DNA of 64,000 nucleotides, taken from the NCBI GenBank assembly GCA_051294905.1, contig CM119371.1:12402001-12466000 (forward strand), read 5' to 3'. Position numbers and translations under genes: made by a program. The stretch comes from Botryllus schlosseri. Lineage: Eukaryota. Numbering within the stretch: position 1 is the stretch's first letter; the number at the start of each line of letters is the position of its first letter. Below the pieces are notes generated by a model. It did no database searches, had not been told where the DNA came from, and saw only the letters and a list, made by a program, of their open reading frames with translations. Of the stretch, positions 38,362-52,277 are shown piece by piece.

Positions 38362-39745
38362 CAGACTTGTGCAAACTACTGGATGCTCAAAACTCGCAAA
38401 TCCAATTAGAACTAGAACATACTCAAATCTGCAACTACAACTAGAACTAGAGCTACTCGGTTTTCCTACCCATCAACTGGAACTAGAATTAGGACTATAA
38501 ATAAGGACTAGCGACTGACTAGTTGTTGACCGCTGGTTCTGGGCGAATAATTTGAGTAATATATGAAAGCGTAGTTAGATGTGAAATGTGGTAGATTTTG
38601 GTATTTGTGACTCACTGGAAATTAGGAGCGTACTTAATGCTTCGCGATTAGCGTCATTTTACATCCCGCGGGTCAAACCTATATTGTGTTTACTTTAAAG
38701 GTTGGGCTTCTTAGTAAATATTGACCTATACGTTTTACTGTGAACTAAAACCACGGGCTGTATGAATTAAACCGGGAATGCGTTCACTTAGGGAACATTT
38801 TTGCACCGTGGTTACGAAAGCTACATTCGTCGTGTAATCTATTAAAAATAAAGTCGATATCACAGGGGTTAATTGAAGGGGTTAATTTAAGGATTACGTC
38901 TTAGACACACAGTCACTCGGCTGAGACTGCGAGAAGGCGAATTGCAGGAACCCTGCCCGCAAAACTACCAAAACAACCAAGCTACAAACCGCTCGACATG
39001 TAGTGACCAAGCTGTTATATTCCGTAAATTTTGGTGTCTTGATCAAAGGACGTATATGGGGGTTGGTATGAATAAAACCAGTAAACACTGTTTCTTTGCT
39101 TACCATTGTTTTAAATTATTACTCGGAATAAATATTATTTTTGCACTCCAACTCCCCAATGGCGTAATAGCAATACATCCACTCGGCAGCTTGTGTTAAC
39201 AATATAATTAAATACGTTCAATTTAGAAATTAGTACACCGCAGAATAAAGTGCAAACCTTTGACTTGTTCCGCCAACGTATTTCCTGCTTCTCAGTCTCA
39301 GCGAAATTTTCGTCCACCTCTGGCTTCGTGGTTCTCAAGTCATGAAAGCTTAAAACCATACTGAGCTGAATTTCATTCTCCTAGGCAACACTTTAATTTT
39401 CATTTTATCCGAAATTTCAGATATAGCGTCGACATTTCAAAACAACGTGGTTCCGAGTTTGAAATGAGAGAGATTTCGACCCCCCCCCCAATCCTCACAC
39501 TCGCTACGCCACTGCTAGTAATGGTGGCTCTGAGCTAGCAGTCGCTGCACATTCAGCAGCGAAGACACCTGTGTTCTAGTTGTTCGACGACTAAAGATTA
39601 TTGAATTGTGCAACTAGAACTGGAATTACTCAACTAGAACTACTCAATTTTCAAAGTCTGCGACTAGAACTAGAACTAGAACCACTCAAAACCCCGTAAG
39701 TTAGTTGACCGTCAACCAACTAAAAGGGTGGTTTGTACAAGTCCG
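38362..39745. mobile_element. Old TIR element with AACTAG repeats
   Basis: CAGACTTGTGCAAAC...GTTTGTACAAGTCCG with ACTAGA arrays near both ends; TSD not convincing. Confidence 0.55.
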
Positions 39746-40564
39746 GTGGATTAGGTTCATCAATTGAACGATATAGTTTGAATAGCGTTTTAACTCGATA
39801 AGACGGCCAGCGCAGTCATCTCGACATGGTTCCGCCTGGCTACAGTTTCAAATAATCTTATTTTGGGGGGCTTTAAGGTGCAGTGCTCGTACATGTAATA
39901 GGGAATTTTCGAATGTCTCTTCTATCATGTATGAGTGGCACAGGCCATCTTCGTCTCACGTCATCCCATAAAGTTGAGAATCCAATCGACAATGCTGGTA
40001 AACACAATTGCAAGCTCCGTTCGAGATTCAAATGCATCAAGGTCGTCATAAAGAGTAAATTCTGGCATTATAAATTGAGCATTGCTTAGGAAGATGAAGG
40101 TAATATAGAGTTGCAAATAGTTGTCGACGCTGATGATAACTAACAATATTGACAATATATTAGAGTGGAGAAGATTAACATACTGCAGACCTAGGTTAAC
40201 CTCGTTGCGAGAGACTTTGATATACGGAAAGGTTATCTGAAAGACATTCGCTGAAGGACGACGATTGCTCGTTGTCAAATGATTTGAGAATGAATTTATT
40301 GAAATCAGCTGCTGGTTTATTTTGAGCTATGTAGCAACGATAAACATGTCTGGCTGCTTTTACGGTTTGCATTCATCAAAACAAGGTTTGGACTATTGTG
40401 CGATATGAAGAGTATGTGGTCCACAGACGCTTATTTTGCGGCCCGCAACATCTTAGATGATTATGAAAGGGAAATTTAACCACTAAAACCGAGTTTTCAA
40501 CTCAGCATGGAACAATAAAGTAGCTTTCGCACAGATAAAGGGATAAAACCGAAATGACTTATTT

Positions 40565-41410
40565 TAGGGTTACCATATTTTTGTGAAGCAAATTCAGGAC
40601 ACCGTTTAGCGCCCACTATAGCGGATTCTAAAAATGAGGTGTAGCACATTATCCGTCAATATGACGTCACACTAGCCAAGCATTGCCCAGCCCATCTACT
40701 GTATAATACTATAGATAACTAAGGTAAACCGGTTTGCTAGGGGCTACAATAGATTTCTTCACGGGCCGGATGAAATCGTCTGGTGGGCTGTGTCTCTCCT
40801 GTCGGGATTGTGTTTGACAGCTATAATGTTTGGTCGGTGTGGCTATATCTGGTTATGTGTTTAATCAGGTACTAAACAACATTTTTCTGTCCCATCCGCC
40901 CAAAAAAGTACTGATCTAAGGCCCACCATAGGGATGTAGATGTAACTTGTTCGGCACATAGTATATGCATTTGGTTGTTAAATGTTATGTATGAATTCTG
41001 TCAATAATATCGATTATTCCATGTATTGGGCTACTATAAAATGCACCAGCTGGTTTCGCCGGTGATTTCCAACTATTTATGGTCGCGATCTCATTTCGAA
41101 CTTGAAAATGTTCCGTGGCAAAGCTCAAAACTTTAAAAGCTGATTACTAAAAAAAATCAGCTTGCCCAAACTTACTCGCGGCCTAGGAAGCTGATTACGT
41201 CAAACATCATCGCGATCCCCAGATAAATGCAACGACCCCAAGATTTGGAATCACTCACTGTCGGTGACTGAAGCATCCAATCGGCCTTAACCCACTCTAA
41301 GAATACACCGTTAGCTTATAATTGCAATTGCAATCAAACTTAATTCAGTAAATGATGGTTATTTATGTTTATTTTGACAGCATTTTTCGGCGAGGGTGGT
41401 GCCTGGTGCC
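40565..41410. mobile_element. TAGGGTTACCAT-family DNA transposon fragment
   Basis: Homologous to 19641-20183; right end not defined. Confidence 0.6.
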
Positions 41411-42753
41411 CATACAAATATTATTATACGTTGTATTAACTCGCGCGCGGCGCGAAGGAGAATCTTGAATAGCATGAATCTGCTTGAAAATTGTATTGTT
41501 TATGTTGATTTATGAAACACTTTTGTGCCTGCTTCAAGCCTTCAAAATTCCGGACATCTTATTTGCCGACGAACATATATCATAGCGAAGTGCGGAAGTT
41601 TAAAATGACATAACTGACTCTGAAAGTTTCTTCCGAGGTTAAAAATATTCACCTATACTTATGAAAATAGCGTTGATAGCCCAACAATCCATATTTCGAA
41701 GCATTGAAAATTGCTTGGAACATCGGTAAAGCCAAAAAGTTAGCTTGAGGAGATGAGACTTCAGCGAATTCCCTGTTTTCGGAATTTAGCAAACAAGGAT
41801 GACATCAATCTGGCAAGTCCTAAAGATACCGTTGTCCGATTCAACCGTTTTCAAATGAGTAACAGCAATGTCAGTCGATCTTTGATCGTAGATTTCGAAA
41901 CAAGTGGCCGAGTAGGCTACCTTAGCCCAGCATCGAACGAATACACCGAGTCGCCGACTATACGAACATTGCATATCTAATAATCTTCTCAGAATGGACA
42001 CACTTGTCGAGTAAATGATGGCCGGAAAAACGTAAGGAGGTGACAGTAGGGCTAGAATGGCGAGCCGTTATCGAGGACCATCAAAAACATACCTACTTGA
42101 CAGAGTTGACTTCCTTATATATTGATGGGCAGTGTTAGGATCAAGTCACTACCTTCGAGTCACGTGTCATCTCGAGTGATTGCACATTTTGACTCGTGTC
42201 AAGTCAAGTCAATCGATTTTCAAAGGTGATTCGAGACTAGTCAAGTCACTTTTTTTGGAGGTGACTCGTGTCAAGTCGAGTCAAGTCAAGTCAAGGTACG
42301 AGTCAAGTCAGAATTCAAGTCAAATTGAGTTTTCGAAGTATGAGTGATTATGCAAAGTCATTAGATTTTGCTAACAGGATGAAGGACGTAATAATTGGTA
42401 ATTTATCTTGAATCAAATAACGAATGTAAAGTTAAATATATACGTAAAAAGGTGTTGTATCGCTCACGCACACGACGAAATGCAACTAAAATACGTGAGT
42501 AACTGTATAGCTACATGCTGCAGTCTATTATTATCAGCCAATATAGAGGATCGAATACGAAGCCTCGAGAAGTTGAACAAATTGATATAGTACAATACAT
42601 TACCCATCTACACATCCGTGAGAATAAAAACGCATTAACTATATAATCGTTCGATTAAAATCATACAACTGTGTTGGTAAACGTGAGGACTGCGCAATCT
42701 GAGCACTCAGTCGTCTAATAAACAGTGATACATTCTACTTGATTAGTATATTG

Positions 42754-43599
42754 CAGTGGTCCGGAACCTTTTTCATCTAAAGAGTCATGTTAGCCCTATA
42801 TTTTCCATTTTAACTCCAAAAGAGCCATACATGTCAATCAATTGTTACGTCACAATTGAAAATTCGTGAAGTCATGGTAGCACAATTTCGAACACACTAC
42901 ATGGGATTACTCGTGGGGGCCATATTTTCTCTGTAAAAACTGGTAGGCTACTAATCGTCCTGTGATAGCGCAATTCAAAGTAAATAGCTGATAATTTGTA
43001 ATAATTGATATTAGGCTAATATAACGGTAGCACTGATTCTGAATATCTAAATATTGATCGATTTTTAATTAGGCGGCAACATAAACGTTGCACTACGCCT
43101 ACATTTTACGGCAGTGCTGAAAAGCTACTTATCAATGAAAAACGTGGATAGCGAAGAGTTGTTAGTAATTTGGATTTGTAATTGGAATGTCACTTCCAAG
43201 GCAGTGCATTTCTCGGCTTGGATCAGGAAGACAATATGTATTTTAAAATTAAATTGTCATATAGGCGTTCCCATGTCTGCTATTCACTATGATCAACCAA
43301 CGTATGGAGCAACTCAAGCTTACACATCGCGCGATGCCGAGTTGCCGGGTTCGCGAGGGATGTTGGTCGCTAGCGCTACAACAAATTGAATTTTAGGAAT
43401 TTTTAAAGGATTCCGATCCCTTAGCCCTGGATACACCACTGTCTTGAACTCTCAAATACATGTCACAAGAATAATTATTCTGGCCGTTAAGAAAATTTAC
43501 TAACAAGTTGCTGCAATATCGATAAAATTAAGTCAAAGAGCCATATCTTATACACAAAGCGCCATATATGGCTCGCGAGCCATAGTTTCCCGATCACCG
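42754..43599. mobile_element. hAT non-autonomous element
   Basis: CAGTGGTCCGGAAC...GTTTCCCGATCACCG; TSD GTATATTG/GTCTATTG; GAGCCA subterminal motifs. Confidence 0.7.
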
Positions 43600-45425
43600 G
43601 TCTATTGCTACTGCGAAAATGTAAGCGGTGATCGCTTCGTTTGCGGTCAATTTATTTGTGATGTAGCAATGAAGGATCAGTGAAACATGAAATCAGTTAT
43701 TATTGACTGATTGCTCTCACAAGTGAAGTGACACCGACGTATCGCGAACAATCCGAACATGACGAACATACATGAGATAGAGTGATTCAATCGACACCGT
43801 TTATTTAATGACTTGAAATTGACCCGTAAATTTTGCTCTGAGTGACGTGTCAATCCACATTTCCGAAGCAATGAGTTAGCTCGAGTCATTTTTGCAAAGT
43901 GACTCGAATCAAGTCAAGTCATGCGAAAAGTTGAGTCGGGTCTGACTCGAGTCATAACCTTGTTGATGGGGCCCAAGCCATGGTAGGAAAGGAATAAAGG
44001 GGTAATTGTTTTGCTCAAAAGATATCCCGAAACCCAAGACTTCTTCTCATATCACTGTATTTTGCATGAGAGGCGGAAAGCTCAAAGTATCAATAGTCTC
44101 TGAGACGAAAACATTTTCCGTAATTTTATACTTTCTCACGCATTTAAACAGAGAGTTCCGTGGTGGCGGGGTTGGAATGTGCACTGCATATAGCCTATCT
44201 ATACTTGGCAATGCATGCAACGCGCGCTCCATGAAGCTACTAGTAGTAGTAAGCATATTTCTGAGAGAAAAACCAGCGTGATTTAGTTATGTCACGGGAA
44301 GATCACATATTCACACAGATAATAGCAACTGCGAACTTACGAACGCTGCCCACTACCCATTAATTCGTCAGAATGCATAAACATGTATTTAGCGTCCGTA
44401 TATAACTGTAAACATACTGAATTTGAGGGTAGCCTACCATTACATGGTAATAGTGTTTAATTTGAAATGCGACCCGTTATACATGCCAAGTTGAGAACCC
44501 CTGAAGTATAGTACCCGTTTTACACTTTCCCCAATATCAATGTAACAAGTCAGACGCCGAATAGCCTATAGTCCTACATTGTCCGGTCTGGCATAGACCA
44601 TTCGGGCGTAAAAGCTTATAATCTCTTGAGAGTCCTCGTCGAAATTGTTGGCAAAGTCATTGAAGATATGGATTTTATGGGATTATTATAGCATTTGACT
44701 GCTCCAGTTGATACATTTGGTGACATTTAGAAAGTCAGCATGTACTTCAACATGGTAGTATATTTTGGCCTGTATCGTCACTTGGTATCTTGTATATCAC
44801 TTCACAGAAAAATGTAGGGTTGGAATTAGCCATATGACCTCACGTGACGTCATGGGTTCACGTTCGTGTTCACACACAGCCTTTCAAAAAGGTTCGCATT
44901 TACACGAACCCGAATCTTTCATGGGTTCGCACCATCCCTAATATTGATGTTTGGATATGCTCAGTTGTACGCGGTTTGAACGTAGTTTGAAATTTTGTAC
45001 CCATCAAACAGAACATGAGAATTTCCACATCGAAGCTACAAAAATCAACTGCTGCTGATAAAAATCATAACGAAGCTCGCAATATTGTATTAAGTGGGTT
45101 GTAGGTATAGTCATATCTACGTTCAACTACAAGAATCAATGTTCGGTGGGATATAATTTTCGGACACTTTAACTTATTCTCAAATTACGTTACTTGTAAC
45201 GGGCACCAGTCGTTATGTCTCAATTCTTTACTGAACATAACCTGCAGCCCACCCGTAGCCATCCGCTTCTCCTCCATGTGGGTGCTAGCTATAGAATGAA
45301 ATATTGCTGAAGCAGAGAAATTTCCAGCCATAATGTTGGCAATGGATGCATTGTGACGTGGAAAGCAAATTGCTCAACCCTGGTATGAAATCTTCGAAGT
45401 TATTTTATCAGTAAGGCGTTACAAT

Positions 45426-46713
45426 TAGGGTTGGATTATCCGGATAACGGTTAACCGGTTAACCGGAGGTATTTTCACTATCTGATATTCGGATATTTTT
45501 CTGCCGGTTAACCGGATAAAGAAGAATCGTTTCTAATGCATTTTACACGTTTTAGTAAGCTTCAATAAGTCGTATTCAGTGTTGGCGCGGCCGATTAACG
45601 AGAAGCGTGTTGCCAATTAGCGAGATGCGCCTGTACACATTGCACGATGTAATGTGACGCGATCTCCTGCTGAGAAGATCGTTAAATTAGGTCATTAATT
45701 GCCGCGCGCTCGGCTATCGTCTCTGGCCTGATTTATCGCGTCTTCAACAAGCCGATAGTTCCACTGGATTGAAGAATCGCATCTGCAATAGGCCATGTGC
45801 AGTGCAGTGTACACACTATTCCATCGCTGGCCTGCACTATCGCATCTCCATTGGCTTGGTGCTCACGATATTATCGTTGACCTACACAATCGCATCTGCA
45901 ATAGGCCTACGAACGATCTAATCGCTGCCCTAACCATCTCGGACCCAGCATGCATTGGCTCCTATCTCTCGATGGCTTGTTGACGATATGCCGTTAAGTG
46001 TATTCTAATTAGTGATTCTGAGAGTGACACCGCGAAACTGAATGACATCGAATGTTCGCAAAAATGTGCGTGCGTGCAAGCGTAATTGATTTCCGCTGAT
46101 GATTAATTCGAAAAAAAAAATCGAAACCCCCTGATTTTATTTCAATCCCCCTACATTTTCGACTGGCTGCGTGCTTGATCACGTGAATTAGAGCGAGGTA
46201 TCATGTCGGCATCAATTCCAGTATCAGCTAGTGGTCCTTCTAGTACTCCAAACCTAAACATAAGGATGGTCAAAAGGATGTAAAGCCGTTGAAGTTTCCG
46301 GCGTTCGACCTGCCAACCTTTTGACTCTCTACGAAGCGCTGCTTTCTATTCAGCCCACTTCTGTGGAAGCTGAAAAAGCATTCAATGAACGCGGACTCTT
46401 CGTTACAAAATTCCGGTCCCGGCTACAGGATCCCACAATTGATGCATCTGTGCTTTATAAAGAGGGCATTGCAGAAGCAGTGAACATTAAATTTGCGTTG
46501 TTTTTCTCGTATTCGCTCATACTGCGCGCGTATGTAGGTACTCTACAATAACACTGTGTAATGATTTTGAGATCCGTTTTACATGCAGACCTAATGAAAT
46601 CGATTGTCTCACTTGACAGTTATTATCCGATTAACCGGTTAGATAAATTCCAAAATATCCGGATATATCCGTTATCCGGATAGTGAAAATTATTGATATC
46701 CGAACAAACCCTA
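45426..46713 (+). mobile_element. Internally deleted hAT transposon
   Basis: TAGGGTT...AACCCTA ends, ATCCGGAT/AACCGGTT subterminal repeats, exact TSD GTTACAAT, transposase remnant inside. Confidence 0.9.
46321..46460 (+). pseudogene. hAT transposase dimerisation-domain remnant
   Basis: LYEALLSIQPTSVEAEKAFNERGLFVTKFRSRLQDPTIDA fits PTSVxxERAFSxxGxxxTKxRSRLxDxxID. Confidence 0.85.
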
Positions 46714-48777
46714 GTTACAATGTTGGGACACCACAGTTCATGACACCATCTTTAGTTGTGAAAAGAACAGTGGATTACACCTAATTTAACGCGCGAGGAA
46801 GCACAAGTTTGCTCCGTAATATTAAACTACTTTATTTGCACCCCTGGGCAGGTTTCAAATTGATTATCGCTTAGAGTGCAGCGGCCAGAGTAGTAGACTT
46901 AGCTGGGTTATAGACCGGCCAATCACAGAAGGCCACGTCATCCTAATTGCCACGCCTATATGACGCCCATTGTCACGCCTACAGGATGCCCATTGCCACG
47001 TCACCTGCCACTGCCACATCGTGTGTATTTATGAGCAAATTTCATTGTTTTGTGAATTTCAATACCGGTTTTCCATGGATATTTAGCAATATGTATTGAA
47101 TAACTTGAAATGTATCATCACTAATTAATTAATATAAAATGCGATTTTAAGCGCTGCGACTTGAAAATATTAATATAATAACTTACTTTTTTGGATATAA
47201 ATAACATTCAGATTACACATAAATTTCGAAAACTATGATGTCAATAGAATACTATATTTGCCAGATATTCACAGATAACACTCATCAACGTTGAACTAGG
47301 CGCGGGGTTCTGTGATGATATATCAATATTCTACACATCATCACTAATTAATTAATTCATATAAAATGCGATTTTGAGCGCAGACAGATCGCGGTTTCGA
47401 TTGCCGAGGTCTCCGCATTTCATGACCTAATATGAGCGCACACTACAACTGAATTCATTCCAATACCTGCAAATTTACTTTGCATGTCGAGTATAAGGAT
47501 AATTTAATCAGCGCTAAACGCCAACGGACTAGCCGTAGGCGCACAATGCTCGGCGTTACAATTAAACAAACTTTTCGCGGCAGGTACGCGATTCCTAACG
47601 GTTTCTACAGTTTCCACATTTCACGACTTATTTTCTTTGGACGCATACAAGCGATTCCCAAGGTCGAGGCTATGGAAACAAATCAAGCATGAGTACGTAA
47701 ATCTCGAGCTTAGATCTCCGAGATTCTTGTATGCAACTAACATTATAGACAACCATTCGACAATATTCAACCAGCAATAATGCTTTCGCTATAGTGCATC
47801 ATGTACAGCGACACGCTGATCAATTCAAATTCAACAATGGGATCCCCCGCACAATTATGAAGCCCGATTTTCTCGTTGTTATAATTAAACGAACACCTTC
47901 GCCGCAGGTACGCGATCACCGACGTTATAATGATAAGGACAAATTAGCCGCATGAAATCGAGTCTAATGAATATAACGACAGACAACAAGTTAGTTGAAA
48001 AGTAAAACTAATCGTGACCGATGCAAGACGGCGTGAAACAGCGCTTTCGCTCGATTCTTGTAGTGACCACATTTCATACGATTCAGTCCTTTTCATGTCA
48101 CCAGAATAAGGGTGATTAAACCGACAGTGAAACGCCGCCGGCGTCTTATAACGTAATAATGTAAGCTGCGTCGGGTGCTGCTATAATGTTCGGAGCGAAT
48201 ATAGTAGAAAGTCCACGTCTGGACACCTGTATGCAGATGCGCATACTACCGCAGTAAAACGCATAACAGAATGCAGGCAAAATTCGATATTGCTTTGTGA
48301 TGATTTTGATGTTGTTCCATACCGATTGGGAAGATAGGACTCCTAATTTCCTAACTAACTACAAAATCCCTAGTAACATAGTCGGACGCATAACGGAATT
48401 TACGCAAAATCGGCATTGCTCTGCGATAATTTTGACACCTATGTTTTGATAATAACTTGCTTCCGAGAAATAAATAACATTCATTATACGTTAGATGATA
48501 CTTTTCCTTGATATTCTATTATGTGTATTTAGGGCTTATGCGACATCATTATGTTGGCGACAGGCCTGATTTGAACACACTAATTTTGCGAATTAAACTT
48601 ATCGCTCAACACGGACACTCAATGAAGAGCACCCTGGAGACCCACATAAATGCTCCACAATTCTTGACATATAATATACTGAGCATATAATAAGATGACA
48701 AAACCTATACTTGAGTACTCCGAAATGTGCAAGTACTTTACCTTTAATATACATTTTAATAATATATTCATATTAAA

Positions 48778-48826
48778 ACCCGAAGCTTTTCGAGCTGACA
48801 CTTTTCAAGGGCAATCGTCAGCAAAT
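48778..48826 (-). ncRNA. Hammerhead-ribozyme-like motif in Penelope pLTR
   Basis: CTGACGA...CGAAA-AGCTT core order; PLE pLTRs commonly carry minimal hammerheads; stems I and II weak. Confidence 0.45.
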
Positions 48827-48924
48827 GGAGAATTTCAAAAACATGCATCTAGCTACATTGCATACAACCAATTATGACGTCATAGAAACAAACAACATGA
48901 AATACAGGCAAACCGCGAGCGCAG

Positions 48925-51471
48925 CTAGTGGCCAATTTTCAGATTCACTAAAAATTCCTTCTGCTGACACAAGCGCGGTCGGTGGATTTTAATATAAGTC
49001 GATTCCAGTGCAGACAGATGGAAATTAGTGCGGCCTCTACCTAATATAGAAAATCTTTCATCGCAATAGTTTTTAGCGCAAGTTGCATTCCCAGCCAAAT
49101 GCTTGCCGATGGCAGAGTTCATAGCCATGGCCTGATTACGTTCTAGTAATCGCAGATCAGTTACGGCTGCGTCTTCGCGAGAGTCCAGTGTGCGTGATCT
49201 AATAACGCTCGGAACATGTTGTTTGATGCGTTCCTGCAAGCGCTGAGTTGTTCTTCCCACGTACCGACAATCACAGTGGCACTTGAAATCATAGACTATA
49301 TTGCTTTGTTGAGAAGCAGATAGAACATCTTCGCGCGTTGCAGGAAGCAATTGTTTGGTGGTAAACACAACATTAGTTTTTACGTTATCGTAACAACGAT
49401 TTACAGCAGAAATCAATTGCTTTTCAAACCGGGAAGAGATTGGGCCCAGCCACGGTGAATGTATATATACATTTTCCTCAGATCGTGTGTTCGTGTTTTG
49501 TGACTTGTTGGGATTGAAATTCCTGAGTTTTCTGTCAACAGAACTCTTGATGATGTGTTCGGCGTACCCGTTATCGATTAGAATTTTGCGGATATATTCT
49601 AGCTCCGCGTTTAATTTTTCCTCCGAAGAAATCATCAAGGCTCTGTGCACCAACGTGCCAATCAAATTTAGTTTACGGCGATTCGGGCTAAAAGAATTCC
49701 AGCGTATATAATGCCCTGTAAACGTTGGCTTCCGGTAAATCGAAGTGACAAAGCTAATACCCCGTTTTTCTACTAGAACGTCTAAGAATGGTAACGAGTT
49801 AGCACGCTCTTTTTCAAATGTGAATTTTAAAGACGAGTGTAGAGAATTCAAGTTATCAAAAAAGTCATCGAACTCCGTCTCATTTTGACAGATAACGAAA
49901 GTGTCGTCGACATAGCGACGGTACAAGAATGGAGCCTTGGTTTCATCTGTCGCGAAAAGTCTATTTTCATGGAATCCCACAAATATATTGGCTAAAATCG
50001 GGCCAAGAGGGCTACCCATAGCTACACCGTCGGTTTGCATGTAGATGGTATCGTTAAAACTAAACTCAACAGAGCAAGCAGCCGCATTGAGAAGTTCAAC
50101 GAACACTTTACGCGAAAAGGAAGGTGGTGCTAAATCACCACCACCATTGAGCGCGTCCGCACAGATATCAATGGTCTCCTTCAGCGGCACGTTCGTGAAG
50201 AGGCTAACGATATCATATGAACCGAGAAACATATTCGAGTTTGAAAGGTCGGTTGTTTTCATCTCGTGCGCGAATGTAAACGAATCAGCGACGCAACGCG
50301 AATCATACATGGAACGCACTGGCTCCAAAATACCGATAAGCCACTTCGCGAGCTTGTGCTGCGCCGATCCAATCATAGAAAGAATTGGTCGAACAGGTAC
50401 GTTGGTTTTATGAGTTTTCGGCAGTCCGTACATACGTGGCCTCTGTGCCCCGACCGGTCTGATGGAGGCATAGACCTCAGGTGATATGGAGCCGTTTTTC
50501 TTGAGGCTGAATAGTCGGCGCTGTATCCGTCTTTCGATCTTGGCGATGTTATCGAATTCAGCAGCGGGACCAAGTGTCTTGAATTTTGATTGGTCACCCA
50601 AGATTGCTTCCATTTTGAGTATGTAGTCCCGTTTGTTTAGGATTACAACCCCAGAGCCCTTATCCGGTTTGCTAATGTGAATGTCTGGATTCTGTCGCAA
50701 TGCTTTTATTGCACGAAAACATTCCTTCGTCATTAAAAAATTTTCCGAGTCAATAGGATATCCACAATAGGCATGTGCCAAATCACTCAATCTTGCTTTG
50801 AGGGCAGGCAAATTATCAGCGGAGTTCGCCTTGCGATGATATAGTTGAGCCATTAGCACTTCAAATTCTGCGAATACCTCTTCACTTTTTATGGTAGTAG
50901 GTGGTAAACAAAAGTTGAGACCATGAGACAGTACGAACTCTTCAGTGGGCGTGAGCTTGTAGTCCGATAAGTTAACAATATTTTTCCCGTCAGGACTAGC
51001 ATTGTTACCAAAGCGTTGGGTAATAAGACGGCTCAAGTTGCGATCATTCTTAGCCAAGTTCTCTTTTTCCTTTATGGTATCTATAGATGCCAGGTACCGG
51101 GTGAACCGAATCAAATCAAAGAATGACAGAAATCCACGAATTTCTTTCTGTAGTGACCGACATATACGATGTAAGGTAGCAAGCAACTTGTTGTTCTTGT
51201 CGATTTCATCATATATAAATGCACGCTCAATATTTGGGGTGAGGCGTGCTCGAGACCTCTCTATCCTACCTTTGATAAACTTCGGTAACGTCTTTTTGGC
51301 GATGCAAGCCTTCAGAAAGGCTGTTGTAGATAAAGCTGTTCTCAATCTTCCCCGACTCTTTATCAGCGTATTGATGGTATTTAGCTGCTGCTTGTTGTAC
51401 CGTTTTCGGAAGTATTTGAAGAGACTCTTTGGGGTACAGAACTTTAATATACATTTTAATAATATATTCAT
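48925..51471 (-). CDS. Penelope-like retroelement protein: reverse transcriptase + C-terminal GIY-YIG endonuclease (848 aa from first ATG)
   Basis: Motifs KPDKGSGVV, YGLPKTHK, SYDIVSLFTNVP, QTDGVAMGSPLGP, YRRYVDD, LPFLDV, YRKPT; endonuclease NIVYDFKCHCDCRYVGRT..RLQERIKQH..LESTYI. The ORF-track start at 51501 is GTG; first ATG is 51471. Confidence 0.95.
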   Translation of the reverse strand: MNILLKCILKFCTPKSLFKYFRKRYNKQQLNTINTLIKSRGRLRTALSTTAFLKACIAKKTLPKFIKGRIERSRARLTPNIERAFIYDEIDKNNKLLATLHRICRSLQKEIRGFLSFFDLIRFTRYLASIDTIKEKENLAKNDRNLSRLITQRFGNNASPDGKNIVNLSDYKLTPTEEFVLSHGLNFCLPPTTIKSEEVFAEFEVLMAQLYHRKANSADNLPALKARLSDLAHAYCGYPIDSENFLMTKECFRAIKALRQNPDIHISKPDKGSGVVILNKRDYILKMEAILGDQSKFKTLGPAAEFDNIAKIERRIQRRLFSLKKNGSISPEVYASIRPVGAQRPRMYGLPKTHKTNVPVRPILSMIGSAQHKLAKWLIGILEPVRSMYDSRCVADSFTFAHEMKTTDLSNSNMFLGSYDIVSLFTNVPLKETIDICADALNGGGDLAPPSFSRKVFVELLNAAACSVEFSFNDTIYMQTDGVAMGSPLGPILANIFVGFHENRLFATDETKAPFLYRRYVDDTFVICQNETEFDDFFDNLNSLHSSLKFTFEKERANSLPFLDVLVEKRGISFVTSIYRKPTFTGHYIRWNSFSPNRRKLNLIGTLVHRALMISSEEKLNAELEYIRKILIDNGYAEHIIKSSVDRKLRNFNPNKSQNTNTRSEENVYIHSPWLGPISSRFEKQLISAVNRCYDNVKTNVVFTTKQLLPATREDVLSASQQSNIVYDFKCHCDCRYVGRTTQRLQERIKQHVPSVIRSRTLDSREDAAVTDLRLLERNQAMAMNSAIGKHLAGNATCAKNYCDERFSILGRGRTNFHLSALESTYIKIHRPRLCQQKEFLVNLKIGH

Positions 51472-51477
51472 ATTAAA

Positions 51478-51526
51478 ACCCGAAGCTTTTCGAGCTGACA
51501 CTTTTCAAGGGCAATCGTCAGCAAAT
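51478..51526 (-). ncRNA. Hammerhead-ribozyme-like motif in Penelope pLTR
   Basis: Identical motif just upstream of the ATG at 51471. Confidence 0.45.
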
Positions 51527-51624
51527 GGAGAATTTCAAAAACATGCATCTAGCTACATTGCATACAACCAATTATGACGTCATAGAAACAAACAACATGA
51601 AATACAGGCAAACCGCGAGCGCAG

Positions 51625-51954
51625 CTAGTGGCCAATTTTCAGATTCACTAAAAATTCCTTCTGCTGACACAAGCGCGGTCGGTGGATTTTAATATAAGTC
51701 GATTCCAGTGCAGACAGATGGAAATTAGTGCGGCCTCTACCTAATATAGAAAATCTTTCATCGCAATAGTTTTTAGCGCAAGTTGCATTCTCAGCCAAAT
51801 GCTTGCCGATGGCAGAGTTCATAGCCATGGCCTGATTACGTTCTAGTAATCGCAGATCAGTTACGGCTGCGTCTTCGCGAGAGTCCAGTGTGCGTGATCT
51901 AATAACGCTCGGAACATGTTGTTTGATGCGTTCCTGCAAGCGCTGTGTTGTTCT
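51625..51954 (-). pseudogene. 3' fragment of the Penelope ORF forming the upstream partial tandem repeat
   Basis: Matches 48925-49254 at an offset of 2700 bp. Confidence 0.9.
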
Positions 51955-52222
51955 CAGAGAATGCAACTTGCGCTAAAAACTATTGCGATGAAAGATTTTC
52001 TATATTAGGTAGAGGCCGCACTAATTTCCATCTGTCTGCACTGGAATCGACTTATATTAAAATCCACTGACCGCGCTTGTGTCAGCAGAAGGAATTTTTA
52101 GTGAGTCTGAAAATTGGCCACTAGCTGCCCTCGCGGTTTGCCTGTATTTCATGTTGTTTGTTTCTATGACGTCATAATTGGTTGTATGCAATGTAGCTAG
52201 ATGCATGTTTTTGAAATTCTCC

Positions 52223-52271
52223 ATTTGCTGACGATTGCCCTTGAAAAGTGTCAGCTCGAAAAGCTTCGGGT
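52223..52271 (+). ncRNA. Hammerhead-ribozyme-like motif in Penelope pLTR
   Basis: Identical motif just upstream of the ATG at 52278. Confidence 0.45.
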
Positions 52272-52277
52272 TTTAAT

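Noticed and set aside
1453..43945. CRISPR-like arrays in GACTCGAGTC, GGAGCC and AACTAG repeats
   Set aside because: No constant repeat-spacer period; these are subterminal repeats of DNA transposons in eukaryotic DNA.
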